DNA from: the human T2T-CHM13v2.0 reference genome, Homo sapiens
Assembly (NCBI RefSeq): GCF_009914755.1
Contig: NC_060932.1
DNA length: 64,000 nucleotides
Reading direction: 5' to 3' (one strand)
This document shows positions 41,496 to 55,325 of the stretch, piece after piece. Position 1 is the stretch's first letter; the number at the start of each line of letters is the position of its first letter. Made by a program: the position numbers and the translations under genes. The notes under the pieces are model-generated. The model worked only from the letters and a program-made list of their open reading frames with translations. It was not told the origin of the DNA and searched no databases.

Positions 41496-42589
41496 ACTTT
41501 ACTTTGATGAAAATTGGAAGTGAGTTATAACGTTTAGACTATAAAATTCCCAATACTTTACCACCAACATTGCACTTATGTTTTTGTTTAAAAAAAAAAA
41601 GTCTATGGCTGCCTGCACCTGAGTACAGTGTGAAATCAAGAAACGGCACAGTTTTTAGAAACATCTGCTTACTGATTGAGCTTCATTAACTCCTCATGTG
41701 AGATCCCAGTCCTGAACCACAGGTGCTGTTGCTTACAGTGCGTAAGAAAAATAAATGAGTTCAGCTTCCAGGTTAGTGCTGTGAGGTTACATAAACTAAT
41801 CATTAAACATGACAGCTAAGATATTTTAGCTACTGTTTAACTTTAAAAGATTTGTTAATAAATAATGCTATTGCACACTGGAGGCCTTGACCCTGTCTCT
41901 ACCTGAGTCACAAACCTTTGTGTTTGTATAGAAGTTACACTATTTCCTACATTTGACTTGAAATTTAGTCACATTTTCTTCTCATTGTCAATTATCTACT
42001 TTCTCTCTCATTCATTCAGTCATCAATAAACATTGAAAATGATGAATGCAACTTGAGACCAAAAGAGTTGGGAAAAATCCTTTCTAACATGACTGAATGA
42101 AAATATTTCATGAATCAAATGCTCTCTAAAATGTGAATATGAGGCAAACAACCTCCTGGACGACTAAATGGTCAGATGCAAAGGTGAACTGACATGAGCT
42201 CCTAATTGGATTTTGTAGGCCAACATTTTTTTAAAAAGTATTTTTAATAAGGAAAATTTCAAGTGTTTACAAAAGTAGAGAAAACAGTACAACAAATCTC
42301 CCTGTACCTATTGTCGAGGTTCAACCATCATTAACTCATGGTCAATCATCTGTCATGCCCATCTTGTTTGATGCGTGTCTGCTTCCAAACCTGTCTGCCT
42401 TTCCAATCCCAGCAATGCCAGGGCATTTCACTTTTCAATTTATTATTTACATATATATCCTAAGTGGATACATTCATCTACTGTACTCTACACACTGGGT
42501 TCCACAAAAGCAAGCAGACATGTGTGGTGCTGTACAACTACTTTTATAGAACTTGCCACCATACATTTATAAATTATAACCATATAATG

Positions 42590-42755
42590 TACCAACAATG
42601 CTTTGAGGTAGAATACTACCACTTTACAGATGAAGGAACTGAAACACAGAGGTTAGGCAACTTGCCCACCATCACACAGTGAGTTAAGCAGCAGAACTGA
42701 GATTTGAACCCAAACAGTCTGGTTCCAGAGGCTATGCCTTTAGCCATGACACCAC
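42590..42755 (-). mobile_element. MIR
   Basis: 'tttacagatgaaggaactgaaacacagaggttaggcaacttgccca'. Confidence 0.85.
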
Positions 42756-43433
42756 AGCCTTCACACAGGAATTTACATGCACTACTGAACGCTCAACTGC
42801 TTAGCCAAAGCTTCTGCATTGGAATGGTTCCTGCCTTGTTACCCCAGATCAATGAATAGAGACTTTCCTTAAAACACTATTCGGATGGCTCTCCTCATCC
42901 CCAAACAATACCACAAGTTACTCCAGGGCATATTCTGTTTATAATTTTGAAATGTCAGGTTTCATTTCATTCATGGCATCAAAACTTTGAAATTTGCTGA
43001 GATGAAACTTACGGCACAGTATATGATCAGTTTTTATAAATATTCAATGTGTGCTTGAAAAGAATATATATTCTGCAATTGTTGGGTTCTATACACATCC
43101 ACTAGATTGTTAGTCATGTGTTCAGCTTTATATGCATATAAAATGTTAAAATTTCTCATCATGACTGTGGATTTACATATTTCGCCTTGTAGATGTGTCA
43201 ATTTTTGCTTCATGGGTTTTGGAGTCTTTTTTTGCAGATGCAAATCTAGAATCAGTATACTTTGCTGGTGATCTGGACTTTTTAATCATTACAAAGTGAG
43301 CTTCTTTATTCTTAGTAATGCCATTTGCCTTAAACTATTTTACATGATAATACCATGGTATAACTTAATTCCATCATTTTACTTTCAACCTAGTACACAG
43401 GCTTTAGGTGTACCTATTAAGTAGCACATAACT

Positions 43434-43560
43434 GGCCAGGCTCAGTGGCTCACACCTGTAATATCAACACTTTGGGAGGCTGAGGTGGGAGGACTGCTTG
43501 AGCCCAAGAATTTGAAACCAACCTGGGCAACATAATGAGATGCTGTCTCTACAAAAATTA
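43434..43560 (+). mobile_element. FLAM / Alu left monomer
   Basis: single left arm ending 'tctctacaaaaa'. Confidence 0.85.
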
Positions 43561-44297
43561 TGTTTTGGCTTCGATTTTACTGTTAAGAAGTGTATTTCTC
43601 ACTTTTTTTTAAAGGTAAGCACTCTCTATTTTGTGCCTTTAAAATGTTCTCATTGTCTTTAGTTATCTACAATTTTTACTATGTTGTAAATTTCCGTTTA
43701 TCTTGCTTGACATTTCTATGGTCTTTGAATCTGTGGAGTAATGCCTTTCATCTGTTCTGGAAAACTCTTAGGCATCATCTTCTACAAAATTGACCCCATC
43801 TTATTCTTCTCTCCTTCCTCTGGGACTCCAGTTAAACATATAACAGATCTTCTCCACTGTATTATTTAAGATCTTACTCTCTCTTCTGTTTATTCTCTAT
43901 CCCACATCTTTTTGTCTTTTCATTCTTCATTCTGTATATAGGCATACCTTGTTCAACTGCACTTTGGAGATACTGTTTTTTGTTTTTACAAATTGAAGGT
44001 TTGTGGCAACCCTCTGTTGAACAAGTCTGTAAGCTCCATTTTTTCCAACAGCGTGTGCTCGCTTCATGCCTCTGTGTTGCATTTTGAAAATTCTCACATC
44101 ATTTTCATTTTTTAATTACTATTAAATCTGTGATGGTAACTTGTGATCAATGATCTTTGATGTTACTACAGTTGTTTTGAGGCATCGCAAAACAGACTCT
44201 TATAAGACAATTTACGTAATTAATAAATGTCGTGTGTGTTCTGACTGCTCCCCTGACCAGTTGTTCCCCAACCTCTTGCCCTCTTCTCAGGCCTCTC

Positions 44298-44650
44298 TGT
44301 ATTAGTCCATTTTCATGCTGCTGATAAAAACATATCTAAGACTAGCCAATTTACAAAAGAAAGAGGTTTAATGGACTTACAGTTCCACATAGCTGGGGAA
44401 GCCTCGCAATCATGGTGGAAGGCAAAGAGGGGCAAGTCATATCTTACATGAGTGGCAGCAGGGAAAGAGAGAGCTTGTGCAGGGAAACTCCCTTTTTAAA
44501 ACCATCAGGCCTCATGAGACATATTCACTATTATGAAAATAGCACAGGAAAGACCTGCCTCCATGATTTAATTACCTCCCACCAGGTTCCTTCCACAACA
44601 TGTGGGAATTCAAGATGAGATTTGGGTGGGGACACAGTCAAACCATATCA
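44298..44650 (-). mobile_element. THE1 (A/B) 3' LTR
   Basis: TGTATTAGTCC...AACCATATCA. Confidence 0.93.
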
Positions 44651-44770
44651 TTCTGCCTTGGCCCTTCCCAAATCTCATGTCGTCACTTTTCAAAACCAAT
44701 CATCCCTTCCCAACAGTCTCCCAAAGTCTTAATTTACTCCAGCATTAACTCAAAAGTCCACAGTCCAAAG

Positions 44771-45120
<350 letters not shown>

Positions 45121-46141
45121 CTATGAGCCTGTAAAATGAAAATCAAGTTAGTTACTTCCTAGATTCAATGGGGGTATAGCCATTGGGTAAATATACCCAT
45201 TCCAAGTGGGGGAAATTGGCCAAAACAGAAGGGCTACAGGCCCCATGCAAGTCTGAAATCCAGTGGGGCAGTCAAATCTTAAAGTTCCAAAATTATCTCC
45301 TTTGACTCTATGTTTCACATGCAGGTCTCACTGATGCAAGAGGTGGGTTTCCATGGTCTTGGGCAGCTCCACCCCTGTGGCTTTGCAGGGTACAGCTTCC
45401 CTCCCGGCTACTTTCATGGGATGGTGTTGAGTGTCTGCAGCTTTTCCAGGTGCATGGTGCAAGCTGTTGGTGGATCTACCATTCTAGGGTCTGGAGGATG
45501 GTGGCCCTCTTCTCACAGCTTCACTAAGTGGTGCCCCAGTAGGGACTCTGTGTGGGGGCTCTGACCCCACACTTCTCTTCTGCACTGCCCTAGCAGAAGT
45601 TCTCCATGAGCTGCGCCTCCCCCCATCCCCCACCCATCAAACTTCTGCCTAGGCATCCAGGCATTTCCATACATATTCTGAAATCTAGGCAGAGGTTCCC
45701 AAACTTCAATTCTTGACTTCTGTGCACTCACAGGCTCAACGCCATGTGGAAGCTGCCAAACCTTGGGGCTTGCACCCTCTGAAGCCACAGCCTGAGCTCT
45801 ATGTTGACCCCTTTCAGCCACGGTTGGAGCAGCTGGGACACAGGGCACCAAGCCCCTGGGTGGCACACAGGACAGGTACCCTGGGTCTGGCCCACGAAAC
45901 CACTTTTTCTTCCTAGGCCTTCAGGCCTGTGATGGGAGGAGCTGCCACAAAGGTCTCTGACATGCCCTGGAGACATTTTCCCCATCGTCTTGGGGATTAA
46001 CATTCAGCTCCTCCTTACCTATGCAAATTTCTGCAGACAGCTTGAATTTCTCCTCAGAAAATGGGATTTTCTTTTTCTATCGCATTGTCAGGCTGCAAAT
46101 TTTCCAAACTTTTATATTCTACTTCCCTCATAAAACTGAAT

Positions 46142-47210
46142 TGTTGCGGGAAGTCAGGGACCTTAAATGGAGGGACCGGCTGAAGCCATGGCAGAAGAAC
46201 GTGGATTGTGAAGATTTTATGGACATTTATTAGTTCCTTAAATTAATACTTTTATAATTTCTTATGCCTGTCTTTACTGCAGTCTCTAAACATAAGTTGT
46301 GAATGTTTCATGGACACTTATCACTTCCTTAATCAATACCTTTGTGATTTCCTATGCCTGTCTTTACTTTAATCTCTTAATCCTGTCAGCCAAGGAGGAT
46401 GTACGTTGCCTCAGGACCATGTGATAATTGTATTAACTGCCCAAATTGTAGAACATGTGTGTTTAAACAATATGAAATCTGGGCACCTTGAAAAAAGAAC
46501 AAGATAACAGCAATGTTTAGGAAACAAGAGAGATAACCTTAAACTCTGACCGCCGGTGAGCCAGGTGGAACAGAGCCATATTTCTCTTCTTTCAAAAGCA
46601 AATGGCAGAAGTATCACTGAATTCTTTTTCTCAGCGTGGAACATCCCTGAGAAAGAGAATGTGCACCTGCGGGTAGGTCTCTAAACTGGGCCCCCTGGGC
46701 GTAGCTGTCTCTTATGGTCGAGGCTGCAGTGATGAAATAGACTTCAGTCTCCCATAGCACTCCCAGGCTTATTAGGAAGAGGAAATTCCCACCGAATAAA
46801 TTTTGGTCAGACCGGTTGATCTCAAAACCCTGTCTCCTGATAAGATGTTATCAATGACAATGGTGCCCGAAACTTCATTAGCAATTTTAATTTTGCCTCA
46901 GTCCTGTGGTCCTGTGATCTCGCCCTCCCTCCACTTGCCTTGTGATATTCTAATACCCTGTTAAGTACTTGATGTCTGTCACCCACACCTATTCGCACAC
47001 TCCCTCCCCTTTTGAAAATCTCTAATAAAAACATGCTAGTTTTTGTGGCTTGTGAGGCATCACGGAACCTACCGACATGTGATGTCTCCCCCGGATGCCC
47101 AGCTTTAAAATTTCTCTCTTTTGTACTCTGTCCCTTTATTTCTCAATCTGGCTGATGCTTAAAGAAAACAGAAAAGAACCTACGTGAATATCAGGGCAGA
47201 TTCCCTGATA
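46142..47210 (+). mobile_element. MER11 (HERV-K11/HML-8) solo LTR, ~1.07 kb
   Basis: starts TGTTGCGGGAAGTCAGGGACC; internal tandem repeats; AATAAA near 47024; perfect 6-bp TSD CTGAAT at 46136-46141 and 47211-47216. Confidence 0.93.
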
Positions 47211-47611
47211 CTGAATGCCTTTAACAGCACCCAAGTCACCTCTTGAATGCTTTGCCACTTAGAAATTTCTTCTATCAGATACCCTAAATCATCTCTCTCA
47301 AGTTCAAAGTTCCACAGATCTCTAGGGCAGGGGCAAAATGCTGCCAGTGTCTTTGCTAAAACATAACAAGAGTCATTTCTGCTCCAATTCCCAACAAGTT
47401 CTTCATTTCTATCTGAGACCACCTCAGCCTGAATTTTATTGTCCATATCACCATCAGCATTTTGGGCAAAGCCATTCAACAAGTCTCTAAGAAGTTCCAA
47501 ACTTTCCCACATTTTCCTGTCTTCTGAGCCCTCCAAACTGTTCCAATCCCTGCCTATTACCCAGTTCCAAAGTTGCTTCCACATTTTCAGGTATCTACAG
47601 CAGCTCCCCAC
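47211..47611 (-). pseudogene. Open N-terminal part of the THE1/MaLR internal ORF, cut off by MER11
   Basis: ORF track 47180..47611 '...GNWSRNDSCYVLAKTLAAFCPCPRDLWNFELERDDLGYLIEEISK...' matches the recalled MaLR ORF. Confidence 0.8.
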
Positions 47612-47629
47612 TCTACTGTACCAATTTAC

Positions 47630-47981
47630 TGTATTAAGTTTGTTTTAACACTGTTGATAAAGACATACCAGAGACTGGCCAATTTACAAAAGAAAGAGGT
47701 TTAATGGATTTACAGTTCCACATGGCTGGGGAGGCCTCACAATCATGGCAGAAGGCAAGGAGGAGCAAGTCACATCTTATGTGGATGGAGGCAGGCAAAG
47801 AGAGAGTTTGTTCAGTGAAACTCCCCTTTTTAAACCCATCAGACCTCATGAGGCTTATTCATTACCAAGAGAATAGCATGGGGAGAACCTGCCATGATTC
47901 AATTACCTCCCATCAGGTCCCTCCCACAACACGTGGGAATTCAAGATGAGATTTGGGTAGGGACACAGGCAAACCATATCA
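47630..47981 (-). mobile_element. THE1 (A/B) 5' LTR
   Basis: TGTATTAAG...AACCATATCA; paralogous to 44298-44650. Confidence 0.93.
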
Positions 47982-48656
47982 CTCCCTATTATATGAGACA
48001 CAACAATATTGAAATTAAGCCAATTAATAACTACAATGGCCTCTAAGGGTTCAAATGAATGGAAGAGTCACATGTCTCTCACTTAAAGCTAAAAGCTATA
48101 AATGATTAAGCTCAACGAGAAAGACATATTGAAAGCTAAGACAGGCCTAAGGCTAGGCCTCTCATTCTGGTTAGCCAACTTGTGAATGCAAAGGAAAAGT
48201 TCACAAAGGAAATTCAAAGTGCTACTCCAGTGAACACACAAATAAGAAAGGGAAACAACCTTTTGTTGACATGGAGAAAATTTTAGTGGTCTGGGTAGAA
48301 GATCAAACCAACCACAATATCCGCTTAAGCCAAAGTCTAATCCAGAGCAAGGCCCTAATTATTTTCAATTCTATAAAGGCAGAGGATGAGAAAGCTGCAG
48401 AAGTAAAGTTGGAAGCTAGCAGAGGTTTGTTAATGAGGGCTTAAAAAAAGAAGCCATCCCCATACCATAAAAGTGCAAGATGAAATAGCAAGTGCTGATT
48501 AAGAAGCTGCAGCAAGTGATCCAGAAAGTCTAGCTAAGATCACTGATGAAAAGGTGGCTACATTAAACAACAAAACAGCCTTCTCTTGGAACAGGATGCT
48601 ATCTGGAACTTTAATAGTGAGAGAGAAGTCAATGCCTGGCTTCAAAGCTTCAAAGG

Positions 48657-49006
48657 GGTGGATGTGGTGGCCCACACCTGTAATCTCAGTGTTTTGGGAG
48701 ACTGAGATGGGAGGATCACTTGAGGTCAGGAGTTCAAGACCAGCCTGTGTGAGACCTCACCTCTACTAAAAATTAAAAACAAACAAACAAAAAGAACAAA
48801 ACAACAACAACAAAAAAAACTAGCCTGGCATAGCAGCATACACCTGTAGTCCCAGCTACTGGGAGGGCCGAGGTGTGGGAGGATTGCTTGAGCCCAGGAG
48901 TTTGAGGCTGCAGTGAGCTATGATTGTACCACAGCATTCCAGCCTGGGTAACAGAGCAAAATCCCAATTCAAAAAAAAAAAAAAAAAATAGAAAAAGAAA
49001 AAGAAA
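48657..49006 (+). mobile_element. AluJ inside Tigger1
   Basis: TSD aaagcttcaa(a/g)gg; expanded middle A-rich linker. Confidence 0.9.
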
Positions 49007-49853
49007 AAAGCTTCAAGGGACAGTCTGAGTCTCTCATTAGGGACTAATGCAGCTGGTGACTTTAAGTTAAAGCCAATGCTCATTTACCACTCTGAAAATC
49101 CTAGGGCTAAATCTACTCTGTCTATGCTCTATAAATGGAACAATGAAACCTTGATGACAACACATTTGTTTACAGCCTGGTTTATTAAATATTTTAAGCC
49201 CAGTGTTGAGACCTACTGCTCAGACGAAAGATTCTTTTCAAACCACTGCTGCTTGTTGACAATGCACCTAGTTGTTGAGGAGCTCTGATGGTGATGTACA
49301 AGATGAGTGTTTTCATGCTTGCTAACACACATCCACTGTGCAGCCCATGGATCAAGGAATAAGTTAGACTTTCAAGTCTTACTATTTAGGAAATATATTT
49401 TGTAAGTCTATAGCTGCCATAAATAGTGATCCTCTGATGGGTCTGGGGAAAGTAAGTTGAAAACTTTCTGGAAAGGAGTGACCATTCTAGATGCCATTAA
49501 GCACATTCATAATTCATGGGAGGCGGTCAAAACATTAACAGGAATGTGGAAGATGTGAGTTCCAAACCTTATGGATGACTTTGAAAGGTTCAAGCCTTCA
49601 GTGGAGGAATTAACTGCAGATGTGGTGGGAAGAGCAAGAGAACTAGAAGTGGAGCCTGAAGATGTGACTGAATTGCTGCAATGTCATGATAAAACTTGAA
49701 CAGATGAGGAGTTGCTTTTTATGGATAAACAAAGAAAGTGATTTCCCGAGTTGGAAACTACTCCTGGGAACATGGTATGAACATTGTTGAAATGACAGCA
49801 AAAGATTTATAATATTACATCAACTTGGTTAATAAAGTAGCAGTAGAGCTTGA

Positions 49854-50173
<320 letters not shown>

Positions 50174-50701
50174 TTAACTCCAGTTTTGAAAGAATTTCTA
50201 TTGTAGGTAAAATGGTATCGAGTGGCATCCTAAGCTACAGATATCTTTTGTGAAAGCATCAATTAATGCAGCAAACTTCGCTGCTGTCTTCTTTTGACAT
50301 TGCCACAGCAACCATAACATTCAGCAACCACCACAATGATCAATCAACAGCCATCAACATCAAGGCAAGACACCACACCAGGAAAATGATTATGACTTCT
50401 GAAGGCTCAGATGGTTGTTAGCATTTTTAGCAATACTTTTTAAATTAAGATATGTACACTTTTTAGGTATAATGTTACTGCACACCTAACAGACTACAGT
50501 ATATTGTAAATTTAACTTTTATATGCACTGGGAAATCAAAAAACTTGACCTTCTTTATTGTAATATTTACTTTATTACAGTGGTCTAGAACAGAACCCAC
50601 AATATTTCCAAAGAATGCCTATAATTTCTTCCTAGCCTATCTTCTCATTCGCCAACTCTGTATCTAATCTGCTGCTAAACCCTTCCAATGAACTTTCTTT
50701 A

Positions 50702-51113
<412 letters not shown>

Positions 51114-52186
51114 TTATACTGTCTTGTCCCCTTAGGGCCTGATTATCTCTGATTGTGTGCTGTATATTACAATTGAAAATTTATTTGTAGAAATAATTTG
51201 AAGCATAAGGATTTTTGTTTGCTTCTGCTAGACACCTGAGAGTGCTAACAAGTTTCAAGATTTTCTGTCTTGGCCACTCATATGACATAAAGCCTGGTTA
51301 AACAGATTGATGGCTGGTTTATTTCTGGTTCCTTCATGTTTCTACCTTTTGGGTCCCAGGCAAAAATGGGGGAATTAACAAGGAGAGTACCCACCTTCGT
51401 AAGCCCTGAACTTTCGACTTTTGTACCTTGTCCCGAGAGCCATGAATATGCAGCTCTGATCTTTCGTGTTTCTCTTTAGCTTGGCAAATACTCCCAAGAC
51501 AAAAGTGGTTGCAAGTACTGGGTTCATCATTCTTAGTTTGCACCTTTTCTCAGATCTCAGTTGGTAATTTCTCACTATTTTATTTTTTGCTTTAAAAATT
51601 TTTGTATTTGGTCCAGGTTTTTTGGTTGTCTTATGTAGGAAGATTGGTCCAAATTATTGAGACTTCCACCACCAGGGAGAGAAAACCCCACTATTATTTC
51701 CTCCCAGACCCCATAATAGTTGAAATTATTTGATAAAGAACTGTTCTCTATAGAATAAAGGCATAAAAACTGTACATCAAAGTATGCATGTTCAATATTC
51801 AGGGAAACAAAAGGAAGTGAAAGGATCCATAGCCTGGAAGAAAGGAAATACTGGATTTTACACTCATCTTGTTACTGCCATCTTCATCTTTATGATAGCC
51901 AAAGCTATACCACTTGAATAAAGCATTATGGTAAATGCTGTTTTCAGCTCTTTCAATTTCCAACCTGTAAGTCCTCTTAAATAGAAACAGAAGATCCTCT
52001 GTCCACATATTATCTGATTCACATGATGAACACTGTGTGGTATTATAATACTCATTTTGTAGACAGGGAAAATGAGGCTTAAAGAAGTAGACTGCTCTAA
52101 TTCCAGCTTCTGTGATCCAAGGCCAATGTTCTTCCTATTCTATTATTTTACTTGCTCATTTTCAAAGTCACCCCTCCACCCTAAGC

Positions 52187-52395
52187 TTTTCCTTCTTTGA
52201 GACAGGGTCTTGCTCTGTCACCCAGGCTGCAGTGCTGCAGCACAGTCATGGCTCACTGCTGCCTTGACCGCCCAGGCTCAAGCGATTCTCCCACCTCAGC
52301 TCCCCAGTAGCTGGGACCACAGGCACGCACCACCACATCCGGCTAGTTATTTTATTTTTTTGTAGAGACAGGGTCTCACCATGTTGCCGAGGCTT
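52187..52395 (-). mobile_element. AluJ, 5'-truncated, followed by (TTG)n
   Basis: right arm plus part of left arm. Confidence 0.88.
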
Positions 52396-52904
52396 CGTTT
52401 TTTGTTGTTGTTGTTGTTGTTATTTTTTAAAGTAAAACGAGATGAGACAACAAAACTTCTACAGTTCCCCCCTCCTGCTCTGACATCTGGAAAACAGCTA
52501 GGCCTGCATAGCTGATGGGCTTTTGTAGCAGTTACGTACGAAGCCACAGGAAGAAAATTGTGCTAGAAGCTTCCTTTTAGTGGGAAGATTTCTAAGCCTT
52601 CTTTCTCTACTGCGCTGAGGACCACCTTCATATCATTTGGAATGAATAACGGTGCTTAACTATTTGCATGTGTTTTCCCACACCCATTTGTGCAATCTTC
52701 CAAGATGCAGAGTGGTATCTGCACGTTCAGATAATTACAGTGGGATATGGAGAGGCTTTTGTGTACTTAATACATTTCATGCCTTAGAAAGATAAACTTT
52801 TCTCAAGATATGAGAAGAAACAAACAGAACTCTGGAGAGTGAAATTCTCTTCCATCCTTACAGAGAAACCCCACATATTCTCATTTAAGGATGCGGTAGA
52901 AAGA

Positions 52905-53500
52905 GTATGTGAAATCAGAAATTCTGGGAGGGGAAAAGCCCTTTGCTAATAATTAGTTCTGTAACCTTGGGTAAATCAGAAACTTATCTTGATTTTTAGT
53001 TTCTCCTTTGTAAAATGAGGATGAAAGAAGATTTTGCAAATTTTTTGTGAACTCTTAAATTGCTACTGAAATGAAAATTATAATCTTTTATAAACTAACA
53101 TCAATCTGGACACTGAATAGAGATTAGTGAAGAGGGAACAGGGGGTGCAGATTTGCTCATCTTCTCCAAAGAGGAAAGAGAGAATTAGAGGGGAGGAAAT
53201 GAACAACTCAGTGCACTTCTTCTTGCTTCCTGTAACATACTTGACTCTGTTAATAAGGTTTCTTACTGCATGGCCATTGGAACACAACATGGTAATGAAG
53301 GGGAAAGAATAGATAACTAAGTCACATGTACCTTGGCCAAACTGTGTGGATGGGAACATTGCCTAACCTCTTTAAGACTCTTTCTCTGTCTTAAAATGGA
53401 GGTAGCCTTTTAGGGTAATGGTGAAGGTTTCCTGAGATACCTCATGAAAAAAAATGCCTAATGGTGTTCTGGACATAGTAGATGCTATTTAAATGCAAGT
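52905..53500 (+). mobile_element. Two MIR fragments (~52905-53060 and ~53335-53500)
   Basis: 'aaccttgggtaaatc...tgtaaaatgagga'; 'cctaacctctttaagactc...aaaatgga'. Confidence 0.6.
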
Positions 53501-53965
53501 TCTGTTCTCTGCCTCATATAGGGGAATTGCTGCCCTTATAAATTTAATTTTGTCAACTGTTTATTGAGAATTCATTTAGACCCTTCAATAAAATTATATG
53601 TAGAAAGGAAAATTTAGGTAGAAAACCTCCATAGAACTTTCTGCTTCTATGACATTGTCTGAGTGCACTAATATGACAATTAAGCTATAAGGAAAAGGAA
53701 GCTTTAATATTATCTAAATGATTTTGAAACCTGTGTTATACAATCAATATATATTTAGTGCAGCTTCCAGTTCATTCCATTCCACATTTCAGTGACTCTG
53801 ACCATCTCGTATCACTCAAATGCAAAACACTCTTCTTTCCAAGGAGCTATTTCACTGTTTAAAAGAAAAAAATGTAGACAAACAAGTATCACTGGCCTTC
53901 TTCCTGCCAGCTTTCAAATTACCCCCATTTAACCTCAGAAGAACAATCCAAAGAGCTGCATCCTG

Positions 53966-53983
53966 TAGCTGAAATTTCAGCTA
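53966..53983. repeat. Perfect 18-bp palindrome TAGCTGAAATTTCAGCTA
   Basis: self-reverse-complementary, read directly. Confidence 0.95.
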
Positions 53984-54364
53984 AAATGTTTCTATAACTT
54001 CCCAGCTGAATTGTCATTTGTAAGCCTTTTAAAAATTAATTAAAACCACTTCCATTAGTCTTTTGTTTGGCCTTCATGCAATCATTTTTCTTTTGCTGTT
54101 TAACAAGAGAAAACCCACCAGCATTAGCTATAAATATATGGCACCAGATATGGAGAGAAGGCATATGACTCATGCTGGACTGTTCCCTAGGGCTAACTCA
54201 GCGATGACTGCATTCTGGGAAGTATGTCAGGTCTACTCTTAGCCCACAGACAAATCCCAATCCAGCCGGCTATATGAAGAGAATTCTCTTTTTTCAGTTC
54301 CTTCTATTTCCTTTCTCAGTTTAAGGCACTGGGACACTTCACTCACTTGGTCTGCTGGAATATT

Positions 54365-54780
54365 CCTTCATCCATCCATCTGCTTGTCAGTCTATCCGTT
54401 CATCAAACATACCTGATTACCAACCATGGCCTGGCCCTGGAGGCAGAATATCGAATAAGCACATGTTCCAAAAAGAACACTATTGCAGTGTGGGAGAGTC
54501 TGACTAATAAATTACCTATTACAGTGTAGCAAAGTCTATGATAGAGGAATGAAAAGAATGCAAAGGAAGCACAGACAAGGGTATCAGGGCAGATTTCTAG
54601 GAAAAGATTATATCAAGGACAACTAAATATCAAAGTGGCAGGAGGATGATGAAGCATTCACAATGGAAGAACTGGATATACGAAGGCACAGGATTACAAA
54701 ACAGGACATGGTGGGGAAGTAAACGTGGTTTACAATGGCTATATTGGAGAGTCTGTTCAGGCTAGTGGCCAGAGATGAGG
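54365..54780 (-). mobile_element. L2 fragment
   Basis: 'catcaaacatacctgattaccaaccatg', 'gaagcacagacaaggg'. Confidence 0.55.
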
Positions 54781-55295
54781 ATAACAACGAAGGTGGGCTT
54801 AACTCAGTGGTCTTGGAATTGTGTGCCTCAGGTGCTAAAAGGGGTAACCAGGGAATCAGCTTAGCAGGTGGGTTCACGTTCATGTGCTTTACATGGTGGG
54901 CTTTGGTGAATGATTTCTTTTTAAAGAGCAGGTTCCACTATAAGAAATATTTGAAAACTCCTGGCTTAGATAATTAAGTGTCTGTGCTTAAGCCAGGGAA
55001 TCTGAACCTAATTCTCAAATAGATGTTCAACAGATTGAGTGACAGAGAAAGTGTCTTGTTTTTTTCCTCATTCCCCGCAGGACAGTGAGTCTCAACAGGA
55101 GGAGGAGAATGAGTTTGAAAAATAATAAAATTAACAATTTAGATCATGAAAAAACTGCATACTGTTTTAACAATACAGACTACACAAAACAAAACCCTAT
55201 AAAACTGGTTGGTGGATTATGGGTTAAAATGTTGCAAAACTGCCAAACAGGTAACCACAATGTGGGACAGACACGCTGAAGATGCAGAAACGTAC

Positions 55296-55325
55296 TTATT
55301 TCGCAGCTCATGTACCCTCCTGACC
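55296..55325 (-). other. Candidate 30-nt microexon (unverified)
   Basis: minus strand reads cactaag..tgtattctttgctgtttaccag | GGTCAGGAGGGTACATGAGCTGCGAAATAA | gtacgt. Confidence 0.25.
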
